Positions 33,053-34,290 of a stretch of 34,290 bases of DNA are shown here, piece after piece. The notes beneath the pieces are model-generated. The model saw nothing but the letters and a program-made list of their open reading frames with translations, ran no database searches and had not been told where the DNA came from. The position numbers and the translations under genes were made by a program. Source of the stretch: Octopus bimaculoides (lineage: Eukaryota); the NCBI RefSeq assembly GCF_001194135.2, contig NC_068986.1, positions 116,216,861-116,251,150 on the forward strand. The letters are read 5' to 3'. The first letter of the stretch is position 1. Every line of letters starts with the position of its first letter.

Positions 33053-33332
33053 TGTAAAAGCAGCCTTCTTTTCTTTTAGACTGAAAAGAGTAGGTTGAGG
33101 AAGTTTTGACTGCTATTTCCACGAGATCGAACGACTATATTGGGCTCCATCATTGGCTCGTGTTGAAGCTTGTAATTCAATAATATCAACATTACATTAA
33201 TTCAATAATGTCGATTTGGTTGGTTGAGACCGAAAGTTTCGCTTCTTTAAAGGTCATCCATCCGTAACTCTTTTACTTATCTAACATCAGACAATCTATT
33301 AACCAGTTTCACAGACTAATGTTCCACGAGAA

Positions 33333-33522
33333 ATAACAATAACAACAACAACAATAATAATAATAATAATAATAGCAATAATAATAATGATAATAATAAT
33401 AATAATAATAGCAATAATAATAATGATAATAATAATAATAATAATGATAATAATAATAATAATAATGATGATGATGATGATGATGATGATAAAAATAATA
33501 ATAAAAAATATTAATGATGATG

Positions 33523-33568
<46 letters not shown>

Positions 33569-33644
33569 TAATGATAATAATAACAACAACAATAATAAAA
33601 ATAATAATAATAATAATAGTAATGATAATAATAACAACAACAAC

Positions 33645-33689
<45 letters not shown>

Positions 33690-33712
33690 AATAATAATGA
33701 TAATAATAATAA
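33333..33712. repeat. Long compound trinucleotide microsatellite (AAT/AAC/GAT)
   Basis: Direct reading; source of the poly-I, poly-N and poly-L ORFs in the track. Confidence 0.98.
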
Positions 33713-33977
33713 CGATATTCCTCTAACTGTTGTTGCTGCTGCTGCTGTCATTTCTCATTCGTCTTTTACTATTTAATGTCTGTGTATCTCTATCTATACG
33801 TTGTTCTCTCACTGTCTACGTACGCATATATCTGTGTATGTGTTGCGAGTGTAAAGGTTCGTGTTTTGGCATTGTCTTTTGTTCTTCAACCCTAGGCTGG
33901 CTCTTATCAAACGGATTTATGCTCAAAACTGTCCCTATATATCCATTCCATCTCATTCTCAGATAATCCATATATCT

Positions 33978-34015
<38 letters not shown>

Positions 34016-34115
34016 GTATGTCTGCCTGTCTGCTATCCTTCTGTCTGTCTATCTCTCTGTCTGTTTATCTATCTGTCTGTCGATCTATACATACATACAG
34101 ACAGACAGACAGACA
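33978..34115. repeat. (TATC)n/(TGTC)n/(GACA)n tetranucleotide repeats, followed by CA/TG repeats to the window end
   Basis: Direct reading. Confidence 0.95.
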
Positions 34116-34194
34116 GCCAAACATCCATATAGACATGCTTAAGAGACACATATATCCATATATAAACGTATGCACACACACCACACACACACCA

Positions 34195-34233
<39 letters not shown>

Positions 34234-34290
34234 ATATATATATACATACACACATATATATGTGTGTGTGTGTGTGTGTGTGTTGGAGTG

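Overview
AT-rich, microsatellite-dense animal DNA with seven assembly gaps. It is most likely cephalopod (octopus-like), inferred from the SINE and repeat types, and probably intronic or intergenic. No host protein-coding gene can be supported, and most ORFs in the track are translations of simple repeats or N-gaps. The window is a mosaic of decayed mobile elements: two Penelope-like (GIY-YIG) fragments, four R4/Dong-like or other RLE non-LTR 3' fragments, two L1/Tx1-like 3' fragments, a CR1/L2-like fragment, mariner and pogo/Tigger remnants, a Helitron-like N-terminus, hAT- and TTAA-type MITEs and at least six tRNA-derived SINE copies. The main signal not explained by the ORF track is six minimal type I hammerhead-ribozyme motifs from five unrelated repeat families between 4.3 and 18.7 kb. 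Each family has its own palindromic or near-palindromic stem III. One family sits behind a tRNA-like Pol III head and a (TAA)n spacer, forming a candidate Pol III-driven ribozyme retroelement. Several retroelements also appear to be inserted into specific microsatellites. All structures were read by eye; no search or folding program was run.
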